IMG/VR virus record: IMGVR_UViG_3300021408_000001
Span: 1 to 64,000 of that record
Direction: 5' to 3' (one strand)
From: a virus
Lineage: Duplodnaviria > Caudoviricetes
DNA length: 64,000 bases
Under the pieces are notes generated by a model. That model was not told the origin of the DNA. It did not search any database and saw only the letters and a list, made by a program, of their open reading frames with translations. A program made the position numbers and the translations under genes. Below, piece after piece: positions 9,181 to 19,933 of this stretch (the stretch's first letter is position 1; each line of letters starts with the position of its first letter).

Positions 9181-9316
9181 GAATCAATTATCTGATGGAG
9201 CAAAGAAAGTACTAGAAATCCTACTTATAGGAATCGTGGGGGCAATAGGCTTATCTATCATTGGCTTCATATTAATAGGACTACTAGCTTGGGCTAATTA
9301 TGTACTGGGGTAAATC

Positions 9317-9793
9317 ATGAAGCTTGTAGTGTCCGGTAGTAGAGACTTTGAAGAATCCAATGATCACTACGCAAAGCTATTTATAGAAGCCACGCTTACC
9401 GGCCTGCTGGTCCGTGCCATGACCGGCCCTCCGCGGGTAGACTTAGGGTGGTTCAGCCTGTACGAAGGTGGGTGTCCCACAGGGGCGGACAGGATCGCTC
9501 GGGAGTGGCTGACCGCTCAGAGCGTGACCAACCTGGGCATTGCCCTACCTGACGGTTGGATTGTTGCAGGCAGAACGTTTCGCCCCGAATGGAACAAGTT
9601 TGGACGTCCTGGGGCGAACCATATTAGAGATAGAGAAATGATGGATGCCCTACAAGAGGGTGATCCTAAAGAACGAAGATTAGTAATCGCATTCGTCAAT
9701 AAGCCCAAAGAAGAATCAGTGGGCACCAACAACTTCATTGAGCTAGCTCATGACGAAGGTGTCCCATACCTAGTAACGAGGTACTACAAATGA
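9317..9793 (+). CDS. SLOG/DUF2493 (YspA-like) protein
   Basis: VVSGSRDF, EGGCPTGADRIA, IRDREM, GT motifs. Confidence 0.75.
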   Translation: MKLVVSGSRDFEESNDHYAKLFIEATLTGLLVRAMTGPPRVDLGWFSLYEGGCPTGADRIAREWLTAQSVTNLGIALPDGWIVAGRTFRPEWNKFGRPGANHIRDREMMDALQEGDPKERRLVIAFVNKPKEESVGTNNFIELAHDEGVPYLVTRYYK

Positions 9794-10002
9794 TTACCAT
9801 TACCATCAGGCTTCCAGGTAGCCCCACGGTTATCGCTGACATGGGCCAGATTATTCATTCGGCTCTTGTTGCCAACGCTGTTGTCCAGGTAGAGAATGAC
9901 CATCCGGTCCTTGCTGGGGTAGGTGAGTTGGAGCCTCTTGATGGCACAAAGGTTAGTAAGGAACACAAAATCGTCAAATAGTAAAGGCTTAATTGCACCC
10001 CA

Positions 10003-10371
10003 GTGTCTGCAAAGTATTCGCCCAGGTTTGGTAGGTTAAGACCTGGACTAGGATCACGGGCTGTAGGAAGCTACAAGCTGCACACTGGGAACGTAGTAGA
10101 CGTTAGAGTGCAGCTTACCATGGGTAAATCACCCACGGTGATGCGAAGCCCATATATCAAGCTTCCATTTTTTGAAGCTGAGAATGTTGATTGGAGTGTC
10201 TTATTTATAGCTAGAAGTCATGATTGGCCCGATGACAAGGCATTCCATATAATGGGTAAGATTGAGAATGGCAACGCTACCGTAGACATTGATAAGGCTT
10301 GGCCCTTTGTGTGGGCCAGGGGAGATCACTTATTTATGGTTGCCATTTACATGCACCGGGGAATTGCGTGA
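10003..10371 (+). CDS. hypothetical protein, weakly similar to C-terminal domains of the tail-fibre paralogs
   Basis: GSYKLHTG...LPF...WPFVWARGD resembles the G.Y...G...PF.W..GD ends of ORFs at 21522-24817. Confidence 0.45.
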   Translation: MSAKYSPRFGRLRPGLGSRAVGSYKLHTGNVVDVRVQLTMGKSPTVMRSPYIKLPFFEAENVDWSVLFIARSHDWPDDKAFHIMGKIENGNATVDIDKAWPFVWARGDHLFMVAIYMHRGIA

Positions 10372-10398
10372 GTTCTTTCAACCAGAGAAGACGGGTGA

Positions 10399-10809
10399 AT
10401 GAAGAATTATGCATTAAATAAGAAGTACACTCCACCTAAATGGGCTATCATGGAGCGCTTTGAAGTAAAGCTTTCCGATGGAGCCGAACCATATATGATT
10501 AGATGGAGAATTATACAAACCCCTATACTGGGGGTATATATACACAAATTTAATAGCCATGATGCCAGCATGCTTCACGATCACCCATGGTCGTTCTTCT
10601 CCTTTGTTCTAAAGGGAGGATATTGGGAGCGCAGGAGTTACGGCCCAAATCTCTACCATGTCAGATGGTTCAATGCCAAGCGGGCTAATCATCCGCACTA
10701 TGTAGAGGTTCTTGACAAGACACCAACTTGGACGTTGGTCATTGCGGGACGCAGACAGCGTGAATGGGGGTTCATAGATCGTGCGGGGAACTGGACGAAA
10801 TATGTCTAG
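10399..10809 (+). CDS. cupin-like (HDHPW) phage protein
   Basis: LHDHPWSFFSFVLKGGYWE...WTLVIAG...WGF. Confidence 0.7.
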   Translation: MKNYALNKKYTPPKWAIMERFEVKLSDGAEPYMIRWRIIQTPILGVYIHKFNSHDASMLHDHPWSFFSFVLKGGYWERRSYGPNLYHVRWFNAKRANHPHYVEVLDKTPTWTLVIAGRRQREWGFIDRAGNWTKYV

Positions 10810-11362
10810 GGTCAAGTTCTTCATGGACACCGAATTCATTGAAGACGGAGAAACCATCAAGCCAGTCTCATTTGCTATCGTATGTGAGGACGACTGCGAA
10901 CTCTACATAGAGATAGCCGATGTTGATTGGACCAAGGCTCATCGATGGGTTATCGAAAATGTGAAGCCCCACCTAACTGGTAAAAGTTGGGTTGCACCGC
11001 ATAAGGGTTATCCTAAATTCGAATGGGATTATCCGTTGTCTAGGAGCGAGGCAGCGGGTGTCATAAAAGACTTCATCTACGTTCACAAAGGTAGGCCGGA
11101 AATATGGGCTTATTGTGGCTCATATGATTGGGTGGTATTCGCCCAACTCTTTGGTACGATGGAAGACCTGCCAAAGGGATATCCCTACTTTGCCATGGAT
11201 GTTAAGCAGCTAGCTATAGAGCTAGGTGATCCTAGAATTCCTTCTCAATCAACTACACAACACAATGCCCTGAATGATGCAAGATGGACCAGGAATGCTT
11301 ATACCTGGCTCAGAAGCTATGCACTCGCGCAATTAGGGAAAGAAAAGACTGTAGAAGACTGA
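10802..11362 (+). CDS. DEDDh 3'-5' exo(ribo)nuclease, Rv2179c-like
   Basis: FFMDTEFIEDG, YDWVVF, HNALNDARW. Confidence 0.85.
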   Translation: MSRVKFFMDTEFIEDGETIKPVSFAIVCEDDCELYIEIADVDWTKAHRWVIENVKPHLTGKSWVAPHKGYPKFEWDYPLSRSEAAGVIKDFIYVHKGRPEIWAYCGSYDWVVFAQLFGTMEDLPKGYPYFAMDVKQLAIELGDPRIPSQSTTQHNALNDARWTRNAYTWLRSYALAQLGKEKTVED

Positions 11363-11598
11363 GAGGGTTGGTGGGACAGTTAACCATACAACTACTACGT
11401 AAGGTAGACCCAGAAGCTAGACTAATAATAGCAGCCTACTTATTTTGGATAAGTATATTTGCTGGAATTGCTAGTTGTATGTGGTTAGCTAGTACCTGGT
11501 ACGAGAAAGTACTAATGGGAATTAGTTGGGGAGCGATTACAGTTACATGCATGGATATAATCGTCAGTGCTGATATAAGGGCTGAGGTTGAAGACTCC

Positions 11599-12166
11599 AA
11601 TGGTCCATAATCAATCAAGCATCAGAGGCTGGGGTCGTCCGCGAAGTGGTAAGAAGTGGCATTACTTTGACTACCACAGATATAGCCTATGCAATCGTTG
11701 GGAAGTTATTACACCCAAAAGGCTAATTGCTGGCCCTACCTCTGGAACAGACTATGACTGCTTCACTTGTGTCGCAAGATACGAGCGTGGCCTATTTAAT
11801 GAAGATGATGATAATCTGACACTAAATGAGATCAACAATGATGATATCGATGAGGCAATTGTCATTGCTGTATCTCATGCCCCCAGTAGAGTGAAGAAGA
11901 AAAAGTCTTCGAAAAACTCAGATGATACTGAAAAGAGAATCAGGAGGAGCCACGGCCCTCGGAAGTTTTCTAAGTATCGTGGTGTCTCCTGGCACGTAAA
12001 CGGCAAATGGCAAGCTAACCTCAAATTCAATAGTAAGGGCATATACTTAGGACTGTTCTATACTGAGGAAGATGCGGCTAGAGCCTATGACGATGCAGTC
12101 AGAGAGCACCTCGGGGCCGACGGATACGAACGTCTCAACTTTAAAGAGAAAACATCCACTAGCTAA
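11599..12166 (+). CDS. AP2-domain DNA-binding protein
   Basis: SKYRGVSWH...KWQA...YLGLF..EEDAARAYD. Confidence 0.8.
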
Positions 12167-12676
12167 GTGTGAGGAAATAATTAGTGTCAGTCCCTCCCCA
12201 AGCCCTAAAAGGAAGTACTTTGTCTAAGCCGTGTGCTGTAATCACCATATATAACTTTACTTGGGATTCTAAAGTATTTAGCGATCCTGTCACAGATAAC
12301 AATACACGAAATATAAGTAAAATTACAGTAGCTATGAGGGCATATCTGGATCATCCAGATGAGCAGATACTTTCCTTCGACCGAGATGATAAGCTTGGAG
12401 TCACAATAACCACCGTCAGATACGAAATTGCTTAGGCAGGTGGCAGTTATGGATGACCCTGATAAGGACTTTGAAAAGCTCCGCAAGAACCTAAGCGATG
12501 CCCGTGAGGGTGATATGCCTCATGAATACGAGGATTTGGCCGGCGAAGAGCTATTAATTCATATGGGAGTCTTTCACTCAGGTAGAGATAACAACCCTGC
12601 TGGTTGTATACCAGAAGTACATAAAGCACTTCATGATAATATGGGGAAGGCGATCGAAGAGTTTCGATGATTAGCA

Positions 12677-13252
12677 ATGCAAGAATGCATCATTGATGAT
12701 TGCGAAAGTCCACAACATTGCAAGCAGATGTGTTCAATGCATTATACCAGATGGAAGCGTTATGGGGACCCCAACCACGTAAATCCAAATAGAGCAAGAA
12801 GACTCCCAAATAGCGCAACGCTAGAGGATCGCTTTTGGGATAAAGTAAATAAGATAGATGACGAAGATAGCTGTTGGGTATGGACAGCCACATATGGCAA
12901 GAAAACCGGCTATGGGAGATTCGGCGTAGGCGGCGGAGAAACTAAAGACTCACACGTCGTATCATACGAGCTTTCGTACGGTCCAGTACCAAATAATCAT
13001 GAGATAGATCACCTATGTAGAAACAGAATATGTGTACGACCATCCCATCTTGAGGCTGTGACACATGAAGAGAATCTAAGACGTAGCCCACTATTCAATG
13101 GAAATAAAACGCACTGCCCAGCGGGTCATGAGTACAATGATGAAAACACCATAATACACCACGGCCGAAGAGAATGTAGGATGTGTGCGAATGAGCGTAG
13201 AGTGCGCTACCCAACTTCCATCGAATACGCCGCCAGAAGACTTCAAACCTAA
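12677..13252 (+). CDS. HNH homing endonuclease
   Basis: RFWDKV, CWVW, GYGRF, IDHLCRNRICVRPSHL, KTHCPAGH; overlaps 5' end of the polymerase gene. Confidence 0.9.
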   Translation: MQECIIDDCESPQHCKQMCSMHYTRWKRYGDPNHVNPNRARRLPNSATLEDRFWDKVNKIDDEDSCWVWTATYGKKTGYGRFGVGGGETKDSHVVSYELSYGPVPNNHEIDHLCRNRICVRPSHLEAVTHEENLRRSPLFNGNKTHCPAGHEYNDENTIIHHGRRECRMCANERRVRYPTSIEYAARRLQT

Positions 13253-15572
13253 GCATCCGTTAGCTCGATGCTGGGAGTGCCCGTGGTTCAAAGGATCAGG
13301 TTATGCTGAGTCGGTTGGTCCGGAAAATGCAGAAATGCTTATCGTGGGCATTGCGCCTGGTGCGGACGAAATCAAAACCGGTAAGCCATTTACTGGGCCA
13401 AGTGGAAGACTTCTCGACAGAGTTCTGGCTCACCATGGATTTGATCGCGCTGAAATCCGACTCACTAATACTGTCGCGTGCCATCCAAAAGGTAGAAAGT
13501 CTGAAGACCCGCCTAAGGAAGCAATCGCCGCTTGCGCACCGCGGCTATCAGCTGAGCTTCAATCACGACAGACTATTATCCTACTTGGAAAGATTGCCTT
13601 CCAAACCGTTTTACAAACTCGCGAAGGAATCACGAAAGCTCGCCAAGGACCTGCTCGTACTTCTCCCCTATACCCAGGCGCGAGAATCGTGCCTACATTT
13701 CATCCGGCTGCTGCTCTCCGAGCGTCCGACTACTTCCCTAGCATCGTACGGGATATTAAGAAGGCGACAGAGAGCGCTGCTTCCATAAGTTGGGAGCCGC
13801 CAAAGTTCGCAGTCTTCGATGATGAAGAAACATCCATAGCAGCAATTCAAGAATTAGAACACCGTAATACTAAGTACGTAACACTAGATATCGAATGTGC
13901 AGTAGAGAAAGATGAGAGCTTTACTCACCCTGACAGCCTCCTATGCATAGGGATCGGATACGAGCCTAACAAGGCGATTGTTCTGGGTGAGAAAGCTCTC
14001 AAATTTCCACGAGTAGTTGAATGGCTTAGAAGATTTCTTAGTCGAACTAAGGTTATATGCCATAATGGTAAATTCGATATCCAAGTGCTCATGCGGCTTG
14101 GCTTTGTTACACAGCCTGACCTGTGGGCGGACACAATGCTCGCCAGCTACTGCCTTGACGAAAGGCCGGGACACCACGGTCTTAAAGGCCTTGCTTCAGA
14201 ATTACTTGGGGCACCGGATTATGCGGCAGAACTTAAACCGCATCTTGGAAAAGGCGCTAAGAAAAACTACGGAAACGTGCCGAGGCCGCTACTCTACCGA
14301 TACAATGCCTACGACGCCGCACTTACATTTAATATCTGGGCAGAAAAGTTCGAACGAGACCTTGAAGAAAATAAACTAAGAGATCTACATGATTTCCTAG
14401 TAGATGCTAGCAATCAACTAATCTACATCGAATTAGATGGTGTTAGAATAGATGACAACTATCTAGCTTGGTTGCTAGATGACCTAGCTGGGGAGCTGGG
14501 GAGTAGAGAGGAAGACCTAAAACCGTGGGTGAATAATCCGCGTAGCGCCCCACAGGTGCTTTCGGCGTGCCGAGATCTAGGTCTTATGAATGCCGACACT
14601 GCGGCAGCTACTTTGGGCATGTTGCTTGAAGGCAAGCGCACACCTGACCAGCGAGAATTCCTAGATAAGATTCTCAACTACCGTAAAGAATCTAAGCTCT
14701 ACGGTACATACGCTAAGGGCACGCTAAAGCGGCTAAAGAACGGTCGCTTGTATACGACGTTCAAGCTGCACGGCACCGTCACAGGACGTCTGAGTAGCGC
14801 TAACCCCAACCTACAAAATATACCTCGTGGCAATAAGATAAAGAAACTTTTCGTTCCTGAGCCTGGCAACGTCTTTATCCAGGCTGACTACAAGCAGGCT
14901 GAATGGCGCGCTATCGCTTGCCTAGCACAGGAGCCGTATCTCCAACGAGCGCTCTCCGATCCTACGCAGGACATCCATAACTACGTTGCTCGACTTTTCT
15001 TTGGAGATAATTTCACCAAAGAGCAGCGGGTTATGGCGAAGACGTTCGTCTTCGGTGTCGCGTACGGTAGAGGTGCTGACGCTGTTGGTAAAGCTTTCAA
15101 CGTCCCCACGTATCGAGCACAACAATACATCGATGATTTCTTTAGAGCTATTCCTCAGGTTGTAAAATGGAGAAAACAAGTACATGAGCAAATCTTTAAG
15201 GGTGGACAGGCCCTACAAACACCCTTCGGTCGTAAGCGACGATTCTGGCTTGTCACCAAGGAGAACAAGCACGACATCGAGAAGGAGGCTTTGGCCTTCT
15301 TGCCACAATCGATCGCTAGCGACATCACGCTTAATAGCCTCATCCGTCTCAGAAAGAAATTTGGGGAGTCTCCTGTGGGTCCCCGCGTTAGGCTTAGCGT
15401 CCATGACTCTATTCTTACTGAGTGCCCTGAGGAAGACTACAAAGATGTTGCGGCTGAGATAAAAGCAACTATGGAAGAGACGGCTGCCGACGTGTTCAGC
15501 CCCTATGTGCCTTTTCCAGTTGATGTCGAGTATGGTACTAGTTGGGGCGCCCTAAAGGAATTGGTTATATGA
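13191..15572 (+). CDS. family A DNA polymerase with N-terminal family-4 uracil-DNA glycosylase-like domain and 3'-5' exonuclease
   Basis: UDG: CWECP, APGADE..GKPFTGPSG, TFHPAA; exo: LDIE, HNGKFD, YNAYD; Pol A: TGRLSS.NPNLQNIP, ADYKQAE, AKTFVFGVAYG, VHDS. Confidence 0.93.
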   Translation: MSVECATQLPSNTPPEDFKPKHPLARCWECPWFKGSGYAESVGPENAEMLIVGIAPGADEIKTGKPFTGPSGRLLDRVLAHHGFDRAEIRLTNTVACHPKGRKSEDPPKEAIAACAPRLSAELQSRQTIILLGKIAFQTVLQTREGITKARQGPARTSPLYPGARIVPTFHPAAALRASDYFPSIVRDIKKATESAASISWEPPKFAVFDDEETSIAAIQELEHRNTKYVTLDIECAVEKDESFTHPDSLLCIGIGYEPNKAIVLGEKALKFPRVVEWLRRFLSRTKVICHNGKFDIQVLMRLGFVTQPDLWADTMLASYCLDERPGHHGLKGLASELLGAPDYAAELKPHLGKGAKKNYGNVPRPLLYRYNAYDAALTFNIWAEKFERDLEENKLRDLHDFLVDASNQLIYIELDGVRIDDNYLAWLLDDLAGELGSREEDLKPWVNNPRSAPQVLSACRDLGLMNADTAAATLGMLLEGKRTPDQREFLDKILNYRKESKLYGTYAKGTLKRLKNGRLYTTFKLHGTVTGRLSSANPNLQNIPRGNKIKKLFVPEPGNVFIQADYKQAEWRAIACLAQEPYLQRALSDPTQDIHNYVARLFFGDNFTKEQRVMAKTFVFGVAYGRGADAVGKAFNVPTYRAQQYIDDFFRAIPQVVKWRKQVHEQIFKGGQALQTPFGRKRRFWLVTKENKHDIEKEALAFLPQSIASDITLNSLIRLRKKFGESPVGPRVRLSVHDSILTECPEEDYKDVAAEIKATMEETAADVFSPYVPFPVDVEYGTSWGALKELVI

Positions 15573-17357
15573 TACACGAGCATTATCGGCAGGGCAGAAG
15601 CATCGAATCTTCTAGAGTTATATTAGCTATCTGGGAGAGGCCGGGTGAGTATCTTCCTTATTCAGATGAGATAACTGACCTGATCGAGAAGATCAGAAAT
15701 GACTATAAAGTCGAAAGTGATGTAGCTGTCTCAGCGTTGCGGGACTATCTGATAGGTTATAGTAAAATGGTAATTAGGGCTGTAGACGTCAGTAAGGGGA
15801 GACGTAATCCAAATGACGAAGAAAACTGATCTGGTTAGAGATCTCTTGGATGCAGCTAAATGGGTTCACGAACAATGTGATCCAGCGCCTGATTACGAGC
15901 ATCTATTTATTCTAGCAGCAATTGAAATACATCGTCTACGAGAGTATGAATGGATGTACAAAGATCTCAATGATGAAGACGTGGACGAGGTTGTAGACTC
16001 CTTGAGGCTTTTCAAAGATGACTGACGAGCGCATACACAAATTAGAGAATGCTCTTCGATGGATACGTCTACAGGCAGGGATTCATTATTATGGAGAAGC
16101 ATTCGAACCGGAGCATATGCGAGCTATAGCCAACATGGCAGCCGATGCATTAAGTAATGTTCCTCTTGATGTAATAGTTCCTGATTATTATGAAGTCATG
16201 GGGGACACGATCGATAAAGCACTGGACGAGGCTGACAAGTTGTGGGAAGTTCTAGGGCATAAGATCTCTGAGGAACTAGATGGCGAACACACGAAAGACG
16301 ATTAATGTCAAGGTAGATATAGAATACCTAGCTATAGAATACCTAGCTAATCGACTAGATGCATGCTACGGTAATATTGCATATGTGACTCTTGGCGTAG
16401 GAGAGATACACATAGACCAGGCATCAGGGCCAGCACCAAAGAACGGACAGCGGGTAATTATTATCCCAATCGAAGATGATAGCATTATGGAGACGCCAGA
16501 GATATCACTATAATTGGAGCGGAGCACCGAAGATCATATACTCATCCTATGAGACTGCCTTACTGGCATCCAAGGATGTAAACGCTAAGAGACTCTATAC
16601 TGACGAGAAATTAGCTGAGCCTTACATCTGTCGATTATGCAATAAGTGGCACATAGGTAGAAGCAAGCAAGCTCATAAAGATACAACACTGTGGCATGAA
16701 ATCGGTGACAGAGTATATTACAACCTGATCGCAGAGAATACCAAGTTACCAAGTAGTAGAATGTGTGCAATTTTCAGTAGGTTCAAGTTCTTAGACGTGA
16801 ACTATGGGAACAAGCGCCTGCAACTGCTCCGGTTGAGATCCTGGTCCGCGAGCAGCCACATGGGGGCCTCTGTGTGCCCTCCTAAGGCCCTCCCAGGGAA
16901 AGAATGGGGCTTGGGTGCCGACGAATCAGAGCAGCGCTCTGACCAGGGCATCCGCGATCAGAGGTCCCGCATTGCCCCCTAGAATCGCTCGTACTGCGAG
17001 TAACATGCTGAGGCCCAGGAGGCACAGGTGGAAGACGGCAAAGAGCTACGCCGAGAGCTATGTTCCATTGTGGAACGCTATGGTCTAGACGTTGTACACG
17101 AAGTTATGCATGATGAGTTCTCGTACTGTGACAATTGCGGATGCCCCATAATACGGGGTGAGCTACATATGTACACCAATATTGGAGTATGCTACTTCCA
17201 GAAGGAGTCTTCCAATGACGGTGCGTAGAACCTACAATGTAGTAATCGAAATCGAAACCAATAATGATGCTCGATGGCTTGAGAGAGAACTACGCAGCAA
17301 CTTCCGTGATATATCATATGGAAAAATCACCAATGTAGAGGTATTAGAGGATAAATA

Positions 17358-17828
17358 ATGAGAACAGGAATCACAGTCGCAAGCTTTGACACGGGGGGAA
17401 CAACTGGAGCCGCTTCGTATGCACTCCAACTTAAGCCGGAAAATCGTAGAAGCGATTCATACAATGTTATTGAAAGTGTCGAGTTCGGGCCACACCCACA
17501 CCATGTAGAACTATGGAACTACTTGGCCGGACTAGCACCCGATGTGATTCTATACGAGGCGTTCGATCAAGTCGATAGCGAAGCGTCTATTTTAGTCAGC
17601 CTAGAATACATCGGCATTATTAATCTCTACGCAGCGCTAACAAAGACACCCGTGCATAAGCGCATACGAGAATTCAAGGACGTTAGCTGGCTAAAAGGAA
17701 TGGCCCTAAATAAGCTGGGCTGCTACACTCCCGGCAAGCCGCACGGCAATGATGCTAAGCGTCACTTGATTCATTATATAGTAAGCGATCTTAATCGCAA
17801 GGAGATTCTAGGGAGTCTTCGAAAATGA
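17358..17828 (+). CDS. RuvC-like Holliday junction resolvase
   Basis: ASFDTGGTTG, ILYEAF, HGNDAKRH acidic-residue pattern. Confidence 0.75.
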   Translation: MRTGITVASFDTGGTTGAASYALQLKPENRRSDSYNVIESVEFGPHPHHVELWNYLAGLAPDVILYEAFDQVDSEASILVSLEYIGIINLYAALTKTPVHKRIREFKDVSWLKGMALNKLGCYTPGKPHGNDAKRHLIHYIVSDLNRKEILGSLRK

Positions 17829-18222
17829 CCGAATGGGCTATAACTAAGCAAGAAGTCTATTGGCATCTAAATAAGAGAGTTACAAGTAAGGCCACCAAGA
17901 AGCTTCTTAGAGCATGTCTCGAACGCATCGAAGTTTTAGAGCGGGCTAACAGCTCTTTCGGAAATTCGATGGACGAATTCGTGGGTAAATTGCCTGGCAT
18001 ACTATCAACAGAGATCGATAGAATAAGTAACGTGCAAGAATTGCACGTTACTCCCCCCAAGGAGCTTGGTGAGTGCAATGACTGAATGGTACGTGGTACA
18101 TACTGTCACCAAACAAATTGTTAACTGTATTACTAGCCACGACAAACCAAGCCTATCAATGTTCGATGCGCCTGACGATTATCATCTAGACCCAAACCCA
18201 CCACTATCGATGTTGGAAAAGT

Positions 18223-18603
18223 ATGAGTTTTGGGCCAAGCGTCCGTGAAGATCCATTCTCAAAAATAATACGGGTTAGAATATATCCACTAGCCCAAGAT
18301 ACGTATTGGATTAACGCGAAGCGCAAACTGCTAGTCCTTGACGAACTACCTCCCGAGTATAGATACAATATACTGCACTGGATTATTAAAAATTCAGAGA
18401 GCAGCCACAATCAATATCTTTTGTACCTCGCGGGAAAAAGGATACAAGATTTAGCTTACGGATGGTATGACCCCCATGGATCTCCCCAGCTCCAAATTGA
18501 TCCGGAGGTCACTCACTTAGAGTGGATTGAAACTACACCACTCGTAATAAAGCTTCGGCGTACCCTAGAACAAGATAAGGCCGATGGCTACATATACTTC
18601 TAA
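18223..18603 (+). CDS. hypothetical protein, last gene of the + strand arm
   Basis: 126-aa ORF ending just before the terminator. Confidence 0.6.
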   Translation: MSFGPSVREDPFSKIIRVRIYPLAQDTYWINAKRKLLVLDELPPEYRYNILHWIIKNSESSHNQYLLYLAGKRIQDLAYGWYDPHGSPQLQIDPEVTHLEWIETTPLVIKLRRTLEQDKADGYIYF

Positions 18604-18606
18604 GTT

Positions 18607-18659
18607 GTGGAAGGGAAGCTACTCTGACCCAAGCAGAGGCCTCCCTTCCACTTCTTTTT
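18607..18659 (+). terminator. intrinsic terminator at the convergence of the two arms
   Basis: GTGGAAGGGA...TCCCTTCCAC stem followed by TTCTTTTT. Confidence 0.7.
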
Positions 18660-18999
18660 AGGCCACGTTTTCGCTGGGGCCAGTAAGCGGAGGCTCACTA
18701 GCAGAGTCTGTATTATCTATGGCTTTCTTGAAGTCATAGACAAGTGATCCTCCGGAAGCGAGGGCCACTCCAGCGAGAATCTGTGACCAAACGTTAAGCT
18801 GTCCTAGTGCTAAATCCCCGAATACGACTAGGCCTTCGGCAACGTTAGCTTGGGCAGCAACCATTATGGTTAAGACACCGGCAACCCAAGGAATGAGCTG
18901 TGTGATAGCTTCCCTGACTTGTCCGGCACTCAGGTACTTAAGCACCGAGGTGATCTTAATCACCAGGGCAGCAAGTGTTGCAGCACTGAACACTTCCAT
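18658..18999 (-). CDS. putative holin
   Basis: 113 aa with several TM-like segments, directly downstream of the endolysin. Confidence 0.65.
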   Translation of the reverse strand: MEVFSAATLAALVIKITSVLKYLSAGQVREAITQLIPWVAGVLTIMVAAQANVAEGLVVFGDLALGQLNVWSQILAGVALASGGSLVYDFKKAIDNTDSASEPPLTGPSENVA

Positions 19000-19050
19000 A
19001 CCTGTCTCCTGTCTTTATTATTAGGTATTTAGATTAAAAAAGATTATTTG

Positions 19051-19773
19051 TCAGTTGCCTGGAAATGCTAAGCGAAATTTAGCGAAGGTATCGTCGTCTA
19101 GATTGAAGTGCACTAGCTTTTGTCCGGCCGCATCCGCGCCCGCACGCATAGAAGCTAGGTCAGTAGCTTCATTAAGACCAACGCTCTTGCCAGCATGGCA
19201 AAAGAACACCGGCTCTGTTGGTGATCCATAGGTAAACATATCATCCTCCTCTACAAATGAGATTGGCTTATCTACTGGGGTAGATGGTACAGAGAGCGGT
19301 TGAGCGTCCCAGGCACTCGCAAGGCCCGTGAATACGTGGCCCGGGCACCGTTTAACCTTAAACCTATTGTGCGGTAGCACCCTTGTGCCGCACGATTTTC
19401 TATCTCTTCCCTCTTGTATTAGATTCTTAACACCAGTAATCATCTCTGGCGTGGGAATCTCTTCAATACCAGTCTTTGGGTCATAGCCAATAAAAACTAG
19501 GACTGTGTACCACTCGCTGTCTTTGCCATCAAAGACTCCAACAACATCAGACCCATTGGCAAACTGATTCTTTAGCCAGCCTCTGCCATCAAACCTAATA
19601 CCGTGATGACAAACACCAAAACTGTAGGCAATGTCAGACCAGCCTTGACCCTTGGGTGGCTTGGATGTGTGGTAATTCTTTACGCCATTCCAATAGCTTA
19701 CACACTTGGAATGCGGCTTTCCTAGTAGATTAGTATTAGGCCCATTATGATGTATAACAAAGCCGCGTTTCAT
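19051..19773 (-). CDS. endolysin, N-acetylmuramoyl-L-alanine amidase (Amidase_2)
   Basis: VIHH, GWSDIAYSF, GRGW, LPH...CPG Zn-amidase motifs. Confidence 0.88.
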   Translation of the reverse strand: MKRGFVIHHNGPNTNLLGKPHSKCVSYWNGVKNYHTSKPPKGQGWSDIAYSFGVCHHGIRFDGRGWLKNQFANGSDVVGVFDGKDSEWYTVLVFIGYDPKTGIEEIPTPEMITGVKNLIQEGRDRKSCGTRVLPHNRFKVKRCPGHVFTGLASAWDAQPLSVPSTPVDKPISFVEEDDMFTYGSPTEPVFFCHAGKSVGLNEATDLASMRAGADAAGQKLVHFNLDDDTFAKFRLAFPGN

Positions 19774-19933
19774 GATCGCTCTCGCATATCTTTGGTATGT
19801 TCCTTTGGAACAACTACCTCGCTATGCTCAACCATTATTGCTGTTTCTGTGGTCTTAATTGACGTACCAACGTACTGGCCACAGGTGGGGCATTGTCCTG
19901 AGTAATTAGTAGAACTGTCGCAATGTGGGCATG

